A stretch of DNA of 64,000 nt from Schaedlerella sp. (GTDB taxonomy: Bacteria; Bacillota; Clostridia; Lachnospirales; Lachnospiraceae), in assembly GCA_052272205.1 (NCBI GenBank), contig DAVZKO010000001.1, positions 33,262-97,261 of the forward strand, read 5' to 3'. Both the position numbers and the translations under genes were made by a program. A model generated the notes under the pieces. That model worked only from the letters and a program-made list of their open reading frames with translations, searched no databases and was not told the origin of the DNA. Shown here piece by piece: positions 28,398-38,483 of this stretch; positions within the stretch are counted from its first letter, which is position 1, and each line of letters starts with the position of its first letter.

Positions 28398-28905
28398 GTT
28401 AGTATCTGAAAAAGACGTAGACGAAAGAATCGTAGAACTGGGAAGACAGATCAGCAAGGATTATGAAGGAAAACAGGTACATTTGATTTGTGTACTCAAA
28501 GGTGGAGTATTCTTCATGTGTGAACTGGCAAAGAGAATTTCCGTTCCTGTATCTATGGACTTTATGAGCGTGAGCAGCTACGGAGATGATACAAAGTCCA
28601 GCGGAGTTGTAAAAATCGTGAAAGATCTAGATGAAGCGATTGCAGGAAAAGATGTATTGATCGTAGAAGATATCATCGATTCCGGACGTACATTATATTA
28701 TCTGATTGATATTTTGAAAAAGAGAAATCCAAACAGTATTCATCTGTGTACACTGTTGGATAAACCGGAGCGCCGCGTGAAAGACGTCAAAGTGGATTAT
28801 GTCGGATTCAACATTCCGGATGAGTTCGTAGTCGGATATGGTCTGGACTATGCACAGAAATATAGAAACCTGCCTTTCATCGGAGTAGTGGAAGGTCTGG
28901 AGTAG
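28378..28905 (+). CDS. hpt: hypoxanthine phosphoribosyltransferase
   Basis: PRPP-binding VLIVEDIIDSGRTL and YGLDYAQKYRNLPFIG. ATG at 28378 lies 8 nt after GGAGG. It overlaps the tilS 3' end. Confidence 0.93.
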   Translation: MAETIRELVSEKDVDERIVELGRQISKDYEGKQVHLICVLKGGVFFMCELAKRISVPVSMDFMSVSSYGDDTKSSGVVKIVKDLDEAIAGKDVLIVEDIIDSGRTLYYLIDILKKRNPNSIHLCTLLDKPERRVKDVKVDYVGFNIPDEFVVGYGLDYAQKYRNLPFIGVVEGLE

Positions 28906-28921
28906 AGAGGAGCATATTGAA

Positions 28922-30751
28922 TTGAATAATGACAGCAAGAAGTATAAAGGCACTGGTGCAACGTTCTTTGTAGTCATCATCGCAGTGCTTTTTGCACTTT
29001 GGTTTGCAAGCCGGATTCAGGCCCAGGGACAGGAAGTGACTTACACAAGATTTGTACAGGAAGTCCAGGACAGTAACATCAGTGACGTGACAATTAATCA
29101 GAATCGGACCGTACCGACCGGCTCGGTGTCATTTACGTTAAAGGACAGCGGTGCTGTCGGAACAGTGAATGTATCGGATGTTAATACCGTACAGGAACTG
29201 CTCAGCAAATATGATGTGGACTATAAGATGCCGGACGTACCGGAATCAGGGATTTTTGAGACAACCGTATTACCGGTTATGCTGACAGCGCTGGTTGTGA
29301 TGTTCTTGTTCATGTTGATGAACAGACAGGCAGGTGGCGGTTCCAATGCAAAGGCAATGAATTTTGGTAAGAGTCGCGCAAGGATGAGTTCTCCAAACGA
29401 TAAGAAAGTGACATTTGATGATGTTGCCGGATTGAAAGAGGAGAAAGAAGAACTTGAAGAAATTGTAGATTTCTTAAAAGACCCGAAGAAATACGTTCAG
29501 GTCGGAGCAAGAATTCCGAAAGGCGTACTGCTTGAAGGCCCTCCGGGAACCGGTAAGACATTGCTGGCCAAAGCAGTTGCGGGAGAAGCGGGAGTTCCGT
29601 TTTTCACAATTTCGGGTTCTGACTTTGTAGAGATGTTTGTCGGTGTCGGTGCATCACGAGTACGTGATCTGTTCCAGGATGCGAAGAAGAACGCACCATG
29701 TATCATCTTTATCGATGAGATCGATGCAGTGGCAAGACGACGTGGAAGCGGTCTTGGCGGAGGACATGATGAGAGAGAGCAGACATTGAACCAGATGCTC
29801 GTAGAGATGGATGGTTTTGGTGTGAATGAAGGAATCATCGTGATGGCTGCGACAAACCGAAAAGATATTCTGGATCCGGCAATTCTTCGTCCGGGAAGAT
29901 TTGACCGTGACGTTATTGTAGGACGACCGGATGTCAGAGGACGAGAGGAGATCCTTCAAGTCCATGCGAAAAACAAACCATTGGGTGATGATGTGGATCT
30001 CAAACAGATTGCCCAGACAACAGCAGGATTCACCGGAGCAGATCTGGAGAACCTGTTAAATGAAGCGGCAATTCTTGCAGCCAAAGAAAACCGCGTATAT
30101 ATCCAGCAGTCTGATATTCGACATGCATTTGTAAAAGTTGGAATCGGACCGGAGAAGAAGAGCCGTATCGTATCTGAGAAGGAACGTCGAATTACTGCAT
30201 ATCACGAAGCCGGACATGCGATTTTATTCCATGTACTGCCGGATGTAGGTCCTGTATACAGTGTATCTATCGTACCGACAGGAGGGGCAGGCGGTTATAC
30301 CATGCCACTTCCGGAGAAAGACGATATGTTTAATACAAAAGGTCATATGCTGCAGGAGATTATCGTATCTCTTGGAGGACGTGTGGCAGAAGAACAGATA
30401 TTTGATGATATCACAACCGGGGCATCCCAGGATATCAAACAGGCAACTGCGATTGCAAAATCAATGATTACAAAATTTGGTATGTCGGAAAAACTTGGTC
30501 TGATAAATTATGATAATGACAGTGATGAAGTATTTGTCGGAAGAGATTTCGGACACGCCACATCAAGAGGTTATGGCGAAAAAGTTGCTGCAACAATTGA
30601 TGATGAGGTAAAAAGAATCATTGACGATTGTTATGAGAAAGCGAAAGCTCTGTTGAATGAGTACCATCCGGTACTGGAATCCTGTGCTCAGTTACTGTTA
30701 GAAAAAGAAAAAATTACAAGAAGTGAGTTTGAAGCACTTTTCGAAGAATAA
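28922..30751 (+). CDS. ftsH: ATP-dependent zinc metalloprotease FtsH
   Basis: Walker [14 protein letters not shown], second region of homology, zinc site HEAGHA and two N-terminal TM helices. TTG start as tracked. Confidence 0.95.
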   Translation: MNNDSKKYKGTGATFFVVIIAVLFALWFASRIQAQGQEVTYTRFVQEVQDSNISDVTINQNRTVPTGSVSFTLKDSGAVGTVNVSDVNTVQELLSKYDVDYKMPDVPESGIFETTVLPVMLTALVVMFLFMLMNRQAGGGSNAKAMNFGKSRARMSSPNDKKVTFDDVAGLKEEKEELEEIVDFLKDPKKYVQVGARIPKGVLLEGPPGTGKTLLAKAVAGEAGVPFFTISGSDFVEMFVGVGASRVRDLFQDAKKNAPCIIFIDEIDAVARRRGSGLGGGHDEREQTLNQMLVEMDGFGVNEGIIVMAATNRKDILDPAILRPGRFDRDVIVGRPDVRGREEILQVHAKNKPLGDDVDLKQIAQTTAGFTGADLENLLNEAAILAAKENRVYIQQSDIRHAFVKVGIGPEKKSRIVSEKERRITAYHEAGHAILFHVLPDVGPVYSVSIVPTGGAGGYTMPLPEKDDMFNTKGHMLQEIIVSLGGRVAEEQIFDDITTGASQDIKQATAIAKSMITKFGMSEKLGLINYDNDSDEVFVGRDFGHATSRGYGEKVAATIDDEVKRIIDDCYEKAKALLNEYHPVLESCAQLLLEKEKITRSEFEALFEE

Positions 30752-30834
30752 TTTTTATTATGGTGTTACAGTTTGCAGGAATTCTGTGAACTGTAACATT
30801 GTAGTTATTGCAGTAGTTGAGAGGAGTTTTAGTT

Positions 30835-32892
30835 ATGAGGAGAGACGCATTGTTCTGTGATGGAACTTCGTCTTATGTGATGCCTGCCGAGCCAAAGGCA
30901 GGGGAAAACATTACATTACGGTTTCGAACAGCAGAAAATGATGTTGCGGATGTAATTCTGCTCGTTGGTGAAGAGAAAGCCAGATATACGATGCAGAAAG
31001 CAAACAGCACAGAGAATTTTGATTATTGGGAAATTCAATGGACACTGGATGAACAGCCATTGGTTTATTGTTTTGAAATCCAGCGAGGCGGGGAAATCTG
31101 CTATTACAACCGCTGTGGTGTATCGGATAGAATTGTCGATTATTATGCCTTTAAAATTGTACCGGGATTTTCTACACCGGATTGGGCAAAAGGTGCAGTG
31201 ATGTACCAGATTTTCGTGGATCGTTTCTATAACGGTGATCCGAGTAATGATGTGGAAGACCGAGAGTACATTTATATCGGAGCACCTTGTGAGCAGGTCA
31301 AGGACTGGAGTTCAATGCCGGCTACACCGGATATCCGCAGATTCTATGGCGGAGACTTGCAGGGTGTTATGGATAAATTAGATTACCTTCAGGATTTAGG
31401 CGTGGAGGTCATTTACTTTAATCCATTGTTTGTATCCCCATCCAATCATAAATATGACATTCAGGATTATGATTACATCGATCCGCATTACGGAAAGATT
31501 GTAAAAGATGGCGGAGAAGTATTGGCTGAGGGGGATATGGATAACACCCATGCCACAAAATATCAGATTCGTACAGGTGATAAGGAGAATCTGGAAGCCA
31601 GTAATGCACTGTTTGCAAAACTGGTGGATGAGATGCACAAGAGAGGCATGAAGGTCATTCTGGACGGAGTATTTAATCACTGTGGTTCATTTAATAAATG
31701 GATGGACAGAGAGCGCATTTATGAGCAGCAGGAAGCATATCAGGACAGACAGGGAGCGTTTGTAAGCTCCAAGAGTCCGTATCGCAGCTTTTTCCACTTC
31801 TTCAAAGAAGAGGAACAGGCATGGCCGTATAATTACAATTATGATGGCTGGTGGGGACATGATACACTTCCAAAACTGAATTATGAAGATTCACCGAAGC
31901 TGGTTCAGTATATCATGGATATCGGTAAGAAATGGGTATCCCCTCCGTACAATATCGACGGATGGAGACTGGATGTGGCAGCAGACCTGGGATATTCCAA
32001 TGAATATAATCACATGTTCTGGAAAGAATTCCGTAAACAGGTAAAAAGTGTAAACCCGGACGTATTGATTCTTGCAGAGCATTATGGTGACCCGGGAGAG
32101 TGGCTGCAGGGAGACGAATGGGACAGCGTTATGAACTACGATGCATTCATGGAGCCGTTGACTTGGTTCCTGACCGGTATGGAGAAACACAGTAATGAGC
32201 GCCGTACCGACTTGTGGGGCAACGCAGAGATATTTGTCAATTCAATGGAGCATTTCATGGCATGTATGCTGACACCATCTTTGCAGGTTGCGATGAATGA
32301 ATTGTCTAATCATGACCATTCTCGTTTCCTGACAAGAACAAATCACATTGCCGGTCGAGTAGAGCAACTTGGCTATAAGGCAGCCGAGGAAGGCATCAAT
32401 GAAGCAGTGTTCTGTGAGGCGGTTGCAGTACAGATGACCTGGGTTGGTGCACCGACCGTATATTATGGCGATGAAGTTGGAGTTGTTGGATTTACGGATC
32501 CTGATAACCGACGTACATTCCCTTGGGGCAATGAGAATCAGCGGTTATTGAATTTCCACAAAGAGATGATTCGGATTCATAAAGAGCAGGATGTTCTTCG
32601 CACCGGTTCGATCAAGATGCTTACCTGGACCAATAACATATTGGCATACGGACGTTTTCAGGATGATGAGCAGATTGTTGTAATCCTGAATAACAGCAAA
32701 GAACTCAAAGAAGTGACCGTTCCGGTATGGCTTGCGGAGGTTCCGCAGAATGCACGAATGAGTCGTTTGATGTACACATATGAAGAAGGTTTTACAACCG
32801 AGTACGATGAATATATTGTGCAGGACGGAGAAGTTGTTGTGAATATGGGACGACATTCCGTATTGATTTTAAAAACATTGAAAGACTGTTAA
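30835..32892 (+). CDS. GH13 alpha-amylase family enzyme (neopullulanase/cyclomaltodextrinase-like, intracellular)
   Basis: GH13 regions I DGVFNH, II GWRLDVAADL, III LAEHYG and IV SNHDHSRF. No signal peptide. ATG at 30835 follows GAGAGGAG. Confidence 0.88.
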   Translation: MRRDALFCDGTSSYVMPAEPKAGENITLRFRTAENDVADVILLVGEEKARYTMQKANSTENFDYWEIQWTLDEQPLVYCFEIQRGGEICYYNRCGVSDRIVDYYAFKIVPGFSTPDWAKGAVMYQIFVDRFYNGDPSNDVEDREYIYIGAPCEQVKDWSSMPATPDIRRFYGGDLQGVMDKLDYLQDLGVEVIYFNPLFVSPSNHKYDIQDYDYIDPHYGKIVKDGGEVLAEGDMDNTHATKYQIRTGDKENLEASNALFAKLVDEMHKRGMKVILDGVFNHCGSFNKWMDRERIYEQQEAYQDRQGAFVSSKSPYRSFFHFFKEEEQAWPYNYNYDGWWGHDTLPKLNYEDSPKLVQYIMDIGKKWVSPPYNIDGWRLDVAADLGYSNEYNHMFWKEFRKQVKSVNPDVLILAEHYGDPGEWLQGDEWDSVMNYDAFMEPLTWFLTGMEKHSNERRTDLWGNAEIFVNSMEHFMACMLTPSLQVAMNELSNHDHSRFLTRTNHIAGRVEQLGYKAAEEGINEAVFCEAVAVQMTWVGAPTVYYGDEVGVVGFTDPDNRRTFPWGNENQRLLNFHKEMIRIHKEQDVLRTGSIKMLTWTNNILAYGRFQDDEQIVVILNNSKELKEVTVPVWLAEVPQNARMSRLMYTYEEGFTTEYDEYIVQDGEVVVNMGRHSVLILKTLKDC

Positions 32893-32936
32893 GATAGTGA
32901 ACAGTTACAGCGTTTAAATAAAAAGGAGAGAGCACG

Positions 32937-34844
32937 ATGGCAGATAAACAGAAATATTATATTACAACTGCGATTGCCTATACATCAGGTAAACCGCATA
33001 TTGGAAACACATATGAGATTGTACTTGCAGATGCAATTGCAAGATATAAGAGAAGTCAGGGATACGATGTATTCTTCCAGACAGGAACTGACGAGCATGG
33101 ACAGAAGATCGAACTGAAGGCGGAAGAAGCCGGAATTACACCAAAGGAATTCGTAGATAACGTATCTGGTGAGATTAAGAGAATCTGGGATCTGATGGAT
33201 ACTTCTTATGACAAATTCATCCGTACAACAGATGCAGATCATGAGAAACAGGTTCAGAAGATCTTCAAGAAACTGTATGATCAGGGAGACATTTACAAAG
33301 GTCATTATGAAGGAATGTACTGTACACCATGTGAGTCTTTCTTCACAGAGTCACAGCTTGTAGACGGTAAATGTCCGGACTGCGGACGCCCGGTTCAGCC
33401 GGCAAAAGAAGAGGCATATTTCTTCAAGATGAGCAAATATGCAGACAGACTGATCGAGCATATCAACACACATCCGGAATTTATTCAGCCGGTATCTCGT
33501 AAAAATGAGATGATGAATAACTTCCTTCTTCCGGGACTTCAGGATCTGTGTGTATCCAGAACTTCTTTCAAATGGGGAATCCCGGTAGATTTTGATCCAA
33601 AACATGTTGTATATGTATGGTTAGATGCATTGACAAACTATATCACAGGAATCGGATATGATTGTGATGGAGAGAATACAGAGCAGTTCAAGAAAGACTG
33701 GCCTGCAGACTTACATCTGATCGGTAAAGATATCATTCGTTTCCATACAATTTACTGGCCAATCTTCCTGATGGCACTTGACCTTCCACTTCCAAAACAG
33801 GTATTTGGTCATCCATGGCTGTTGCAGGGAGACGGCAAGATGAGTAAATCCAAAGGAAATGTACTTTATGCGGATGAGTTGGTTGATTTCTTCGGTGTTG
33901 ATGCGGTTCGTTACTTTGTACTTCATGAGATGCCATTCGAGAACGATGGTGTCATTTCATGGGAACTGATGGTAGAGCGTATGAATTCTGATCTGGCCAA
34001 CACACTTGGAAACCTGGTTAACCGTACTGTATCTATGACAAATAAATACTTCGGCGGTTCTGTAACAGACAAGGGTGTAGCAGGAGATGTAGATGCAGAC
34101 CTCAAAGCAGTGATGGAAGCAACACCAAAAGCAGTCGATGCCAAAATGGACGAACTGCGTGTGGCAGATGCGATTACAGAGATCTTCAATCTGTTCAAAC
34201 GTTGCAACAAATATATCGACGAGACAATGCCTTGGGTACTTGCCAAAGATGAAGCTCAGAAAGACCGTCTGGAGACAGTTCTGTGGAACCTGATCCAGGG
34301 AATTTCTGCCGGAGCAAAACTTCTGGAATCTTTCATGCCTTCTACAAGCAAGAAGATTTTAGAGCAGCTTGGTAATGGTAATGTAACAGACAAACCGGAA
34401 ATCCTTTTCCAGAGACTGGACTTAGAAGAAGTGATGAAGAAAGTTGCAGAACTTCATCCACCGGTAGAAGAAAAGGCAGAAAAAGAGGAAGAGGCTGTTA
34501 TCGATATTGAAGCAAAACCGGAGATTACATTTGATGATTTCGGAGCAATGCAGTTCCAGGTAGGAGAAATCATTGCCTGCGAAGAAGTGAAGAAATCAAA
34601 GAAACTCCTTTGCTCACAGGTTAAGATCGGAAGCGAAGTAAAACAGATTGTGTCAGGAATTAAAGCACATTACTCGGCAGAAGAGATGGTCGGCAAGAAA
34701 GTTATGGTTCTTGTAAACCTGAAACCTGCAAAACTGGCAGGTGTGCTGTCAGAAGGTATGCTTCTGTGTGCAGAAGATGCAGAAGGTAATCTCGCGCTGA
34801 TGGTACCGGAGAAAGAGATGCCGGCAGGAGCAGAGATCTGCTAG
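32937..34844 (+). CDS. metG: methionine--tRNA ligase with a C-terminal tRNA-binding (EMAP-like) domain
   Basis: HIGH-type motif GKPHIGN, KMSKS motif GKMSKSKGN and zinc knuckles CTPCESF / CPDCG. Confidence 0.95.
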   Translation: MADKQKYYITTAIAYTSGKPHIGNTYEIVLADAIARYKRSQGYDVFFQTGTDEHGQKIELKAEEAGITPKEFVDNVSGEIKRIWDLMDTSYDKFIRTTDADHEKQVQKIFKKLYDQGDIYKGHYEGMYCTPCESFFTESQLVDGKCPDCGRPVQPAKEEAYFFKMSKYADRLIEHINTHPEFIQPVSRKNEMMNNFLLPGLQDLCVSRTSFKWGIPVDFDPKHVVYVWLDALTNYITGIGYDCDGENTEQFKKDWPADLHLIGKDIIRFHTIYWPIFLMALDLPLPKQVFGHPWLLQGDGKMSKSKGNVLYADELVDFFGVDAVRYFVLHEMPFENDGVISWELMVERMNSDLANTLGNLVNRTVSMTNKYFGGSVTDKGVAGDVDADLKAVMEATPKAVDAKMDELRVADAITEIFNLFKRCNKYIDETMPWVLAKDEAQKDRLETVLWNLIQGISAGAKLLESFMPSTSKKILEQLGNGNVTDKPEILFQRLDLEEVMKKVAELHPPVEEKAEKEEEAVIDIEAKPEITFDDFGAMQFQVGEIIACEEVKKSKKLLCSQVKIGSEVKQIVSGIKAHYSAEEMVGKKVMVLVNLKPAKLAGVLSEGMLLCAEDAEGNLALMVPEKEMPAGAEIC

Positions 34845-34865
34845 GAGATATATAATTGAGATACG

Positions 34866-34912
34866 AAAGAAGTTATTATTACAGAAGTTCTGTGATGGTA
34901 ACTTCTTTTTTG
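34866..34912 (+). terminator. intrinsic terminator after metG
   Basis: AAAGAAGTTA (34866-34875) pairs with TAACTTCTTT (34899-34908). There is an inner ACAGA/TCTGT hairpin, followed by a T-run. Confidence 0.6.
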
Positions 34913-34982
34913 TATTAAGAATTTGGTTAATTTCAATATATACAGCCACATTATCTGTAAAGTTTTGTAAAACATCTGTCTT

Positions 34983-35019
34983 GTCACATGTAAACTTAGA
35001 TGATATAATGACAACAATA
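34983..35019 (+). promoter_or_regulatory. nadB promoter with an overlapping candidate NiaR operator
   Basis: TTGTCA (34991-34996), 17-nt spacer, TGaTATAAT (35011-35019). The 20-bp imperfect palindrome ACATCTGTCTTGTCACATGT (34983-35002) has 7 of 10 positions complementary and covers the -35. Confidence 0.5.
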
Positions 35020-35146
35020 TGCGTGATAGGTTACTGTAAATCAAGTGAACAGCAATTCATATGCGGAAAGTAAACCGGAATGACTGCCGGTTAGGGCATA
35101 ATAAATTTGAGAGATGAAATTCAGCATATTAGAAAGAGGTTTCGTG

Positions 35147-36373
35147 ATGAGAATAGATGCAGATGTTGTAATCGTAGGAACGGGAGTCGCAGGATTGTTC
35201 AGTGCGTTAAGTCTGCCAAGAGATAAGAAAATCGTGATGATCACAAAGGCAGATTTGGAGAGCAGTGATTCTTTTTTAGCTCAAGGAGGAATCTGTGTGC
35301 TTCATGACAAAGATGATTATGACAGTTATTTTGAAGATACAATGAAGGCAGGACATTATGAGAATCGTAAAGAGTCGGTTGATATTATGATTCGAAGCTC
35401 TCGCCAAATCGTTGAAGAACTGGTAAAATATGGAGTGGATTTTGAACGTGAAGAAGATGGTGCATTTGCTTATACAAGAGAAGGTGCACATTCCAAGCCG
35501 CGTATTCTGTTTCATGAGGATGTGACAGGAAAAGAGATTACGAGTAAGCTTCTCGCACAAGTAAAATTGTTAGATAATGTGACGATATATGAATATACGA
35601 CGATGACAGATATTCTGGTAGAAGGTGGAAAATGTAAAGGAATCCTTGCCAAGAAAGACGGAGAAAACCTTGAAATCTATGCACCGAATACAATTTGGGC
35701 AAGCGGCGGAATCGGAGGATTATATCAGCATTCTACGAATTTCCCACATTTGACCGGGGATGCATTGGAGATATCGAAAAAACATGGAATCCGTCTGGAA
35801 CATTTGGATTATGTTCAGATACATCCGACTACATTGTACTCTAAGAAGCCGGGAAGAAGATTCTTGATATCCGAGTCTGTGCGAGGCGAGGGTGCTGTTT
35901 TATATAATAAGAATATGGAACGTTTTGTAAATGAATTACTTCCGCGTGATGTAGTGACAAAAGCAATCCGTGAGCAGATGGAGAAAGACGGAACAGATTA
36001 TGTATGGTTGTCTATGGAGAATATCGATAAAGAGACAATCTTAAAACATTTTCCAAATATCTACCATCACTGTCTGGAAGAGGGATATGATGTTACAAAA
36101 GAATGTATCCCGGTTGTTCCGGCACAGCATTACTTTATGGGAGGCGTTTGGGTGGACTCTGATAGTAGAACATCGATGCCACATCTGTATGCGGTTGGTG
36201 AGACAAGTTGTAATGGTGTACATGGAGCTAATCGTCTGGCAAGTAATTCACTGTTGGAAAGCCTTGTGTTTGCACAGAGAGCAGCAACGAAGATCTGCGG
36301 AGGAGTGAATCCGTATGCGCCGTATGTAGAGAAAGAAATAGAAGAGACTGAGGATGAAAAAATCAGAGCATAA
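35147..36373 (+). CDS. nadB: L-aspartate oxidase (short clostridial form)
   Basis: FAD motif DVVIVGTGVAGL, then HPTTL and ETSCNGVHGANRLASNSLLE. ATG at 35147 follows AGAGG. Confidence 0.9.
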   Translation: MRIDADVVIVGTGVAGLFSALSLPRDKKIVMITKADLESSDSFLAQGGICVLHDKDDYDSYFEDTMKAGHYENRKESVDIMIRSSRQIVEELVKYGVDFEREEDGAFAYTREGAHSKPRILFHEDVTGKEITSKLLAQVKLLDNVTIYEYTTMTDILVEGGKCKGILAKKDGENLEIYAPNTIWASGGIGGLYQHSTNFPHLTGDALEISKKHGIRLEHLDYVQIHPTTLYSKKPGRRFLISESVRGEGAVLYNKNMERFVNELLPRDVVTKAIREQMEKDGTDYVWLSMENIDKETILKHFPNIYHHCLEEGYDVTKECIPVVPAQHYFMGGVWVDSDSRTSMPHLYAVGETSCNGVHGANRLASNSLLESLVFAQRAATKICGGVNPYAPYVEKEIEETEDEKIRA

Positions 36374-36473
36374 GAAAAGTTTTGAATCGAGTAAAAATCG
36401 GCATAAGATAAATTTGACAATTGAAGTAAGAGTCAGTGGAAGACAATTTTAACAGAAGAAATGGAGAAATGAT

Positions 36474-37331
36474 ATGAATAAGATTACAACAACATTACAG
36501 GTAGATCATTTGATTCTGGAAGCACTTCGCGAAGACATTTCCAGTGAAGATGTGACAACCAATGCGGTTATGCGTGAAGCGGTAGACGGAGAGGTGGATC
36601 TGATCTGTAAGCAGGATGGTGTCATTGCAGGTCTGGACGTTTTCAAACGAGTATTTGAACTTCTGGATGAGAATGTAAAAGTAGAATTTTACTGTAAAGA
36701 CGGAGATGAAGTGAAAAATAAACAGTTGATGGGGAAAGTCTATGGAGACATCCGTGTGTTGTTGTCAGGTGAACGTGTTGCATTGAATTATCTGCAGCGA
36801 ATGAGCGGAATTGCAACTTATACACATTCTGTTGCAGGCCTGCTCAAAGGAAGCAAGACAAAATTATTGGATACAAGAAAAACAACACCGAATATGCGTA
36901 TCTTTGAGAAATATGCAGTTCGTGTAGGTGGTGGTTATAATCATCGCTATAACCTGTCTGACGGAGTGTTGCTCAAAGATAATCATATCGGAGCAGCAGG
37001 AAGTGTAACGAAGGCAGTGGAGATGGCAAAAGAATACGCACCATTTGTTCGCAAGATTGAAGTAGAAGTGGAAAATCTGGATATGGTAAAAGAGGCTGTC
37101 GAAGCCGGAGCTGATATCATCATGCTGGATAATATGTCAACCGAAGAGATGCAGGAGGCAATCAAGATCATCGACGGAAGAGCTGAGACAGAGTGCTCAG
37201 GAAATGTAACAAAAGAAAATATCGGCAGATTGACAGCACTCGGCGTGGATTACATTTCCAGTGGTGCGTTGACACATTCTGCACCAATCCTTGACATTTC
37301 ACTGAAAAACCTGCATGCTATAGATAAATAG
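36474..37331 (+). CDS. nadC: nicotinate-nucleotide pyrophosphorylase (carboxylating)
   Basis: LLDTRKTTPNMR, GGGYNHRYNLSD, IMLDNM and GVDYISSGALTHS are typical QPRTase blocks. Confidence 0.92.
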   Translation: MNKITTTLQVDHLILEALREDISSEDVTTNAVMREAVDGEVDLICKQDGVIAGLDVFKRVFELLDENVKVEFYCKDGDEVKNKQLMGKVYGDIRVLLSGERVALNYLQRMSGIATYTHSVAGLLKGSKTKLLDTRKTTPNMRIFEKYAVRVGGGYNHRYNLSDGVLLKDNHIGAAGSVTKAVEMAKEYAPFVRKIEVEVENLDMVKEAVEAGADIIMLDNMSTEEMQEAIKIIDGRAETECSGNVTKENIGRLTALGVDYISSGALTHSAPILDISLKNLHAIDK

Positions 37332-37422
37332 GCTTTCCTACAGAGCAGAGTTGTGGAAAGTGGTTTTGAAGTGCATGTTATACTATGGAAAGTAGGATAA
37401 CAAATTGGTCTTGGAGGATGTT

Positions 37423-37938
37423 ATGACAGGAACGGAGCGCAGGAATCAAATTGTCGAACGAATCAGAGAAAGCGCAGTACCGATGTCGGGAACCGCATTG
37501 GCAAAAGAATGCGAAGTGAGCCGACAGGTGATCGTGCAGGATATCGCTTTGATCCGGGCGGCGGGATATGATATTATATCGACACATAAAGGATATGTAT
37601 TGAATGAACCAACCAGTGTGAATCGCGTGTTTAAAGTGCAGCATACCGATGAACAGACAGAAGAAGAGCTGTATTCAATCGTGGATCTTGGTGGTACTGT
37701 AGAAAACGTGGTGGTGAACCATAAAGTATATGGCCGGATGGAAGCGGAGTTAAATATCAGTTCCAGAAAAAAGGCGAAAGATTTCATCGATGATATTAAA
37801 AGTGGAAAATCCAGCCCGCTGAAAAACATCACATCGAACTATCATTATCATAAAGTCGTTGCGGACAGTGAAGAAACATTGAGTATGATAGAAGAGATGT
37901 TGAGAGAAAAAGGATTTTTGGTTGAGACACAGGCATAA
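37423..37938 (+). CDS. niaR: NAD-biosynthesis transcriptional repressor NiaR (HTH plus 3H domain)
   Basis: ERRNQIVERI...MSGTALAKECEVSRQVIVQDIALIR forms the HTH. The C-terminal part carries the histidines (VNHKVYG..., NYHYHKV) of the 3H domain. ATG at 37423 follows GGAGG. Confidence 0.85.
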   Translation: MTGTERRNQIVERIRESAVPMSGTALAKECEVSRQVIVQDIALIRAAGYDIISTHKGYVLNEPTSVNRVFKVQHTDEQTEEELYSIVDLGGTVENVVVNHKVYGRMEAELNISSRKKAKDFIDDIKSGKSSPLKNITSNYHYHKVVADSEETLSMIEEMLREKGFLVETQA

Positions 37939-38027
37939 ACATAGCCGGATTTCCTTATTTTAGAAAAAGAGTTATTAACAATATGTGGATAAGAAAATAA
38001 AAATGTGAATAACTTTGTAAAAGTATG

Positions 38028-38066
38028 ACAGATGTGTGAAAAAGCACATCTGTTTTTGCTTTTTTA
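38028..38066 (+). terminator. intrinsic terminator after niaR
   Basis: ACAGATGTG / CACATCTGT stem followed by TTTTTGCTTTTTT. Confidence 0.85.
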
Positions 38067-38191
38067 AAGGAAATGTGATATTCTGTTAAAGTATATGTAA
38101 AAAAGTATTCAGTTAGAATATGCAGGAGTTATGAGCTGCGTTGTGCTGAAATACAGAACTTAATGTAAGTATAAAGAAAGAGGATGAAAAC

Positions 38192-38452
38192 ATGAAGTAC
38201 GTATCAGGAGATATTTGCTACATATTAGAAGAAAATAAATACGCTACCAAAGTAAAAGTAATGGGGCGTCAGGGTGAGGAATGTATTGTTCAACGTATCG
38301 GTGCATGCGGAGCGCTGAGATTTAAAGACAGTGAGTTGTTTAAGACGGAAGAGGAAGCTTTGGATAGCAGAGAGACAACATTTGCAAAGGTGAGTCCGCA
38401 GTTGTCGATGTTCCCGGATGGGGATAATATTCCGAGTATAGAGATTGGGTAA
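38192..38452 (+). CDS. hypothetical small protein (86 aa)
   Basis: Good RBS (AAGAGGA, 8 nt before the ATG). I recognise no motif. Confidence 0.45.
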   Translation: MKYVSGDICYILEENKYATKVKVMGRQGEECIVQRIGACGALRFKDSELFKTEEEALDSRETTFAKVSPQLSMFPDGDNIPSIEIG

Positions 38453-38483
38453 GAAAGGGAAAAGATAGGGAAGAATTCAGAAG

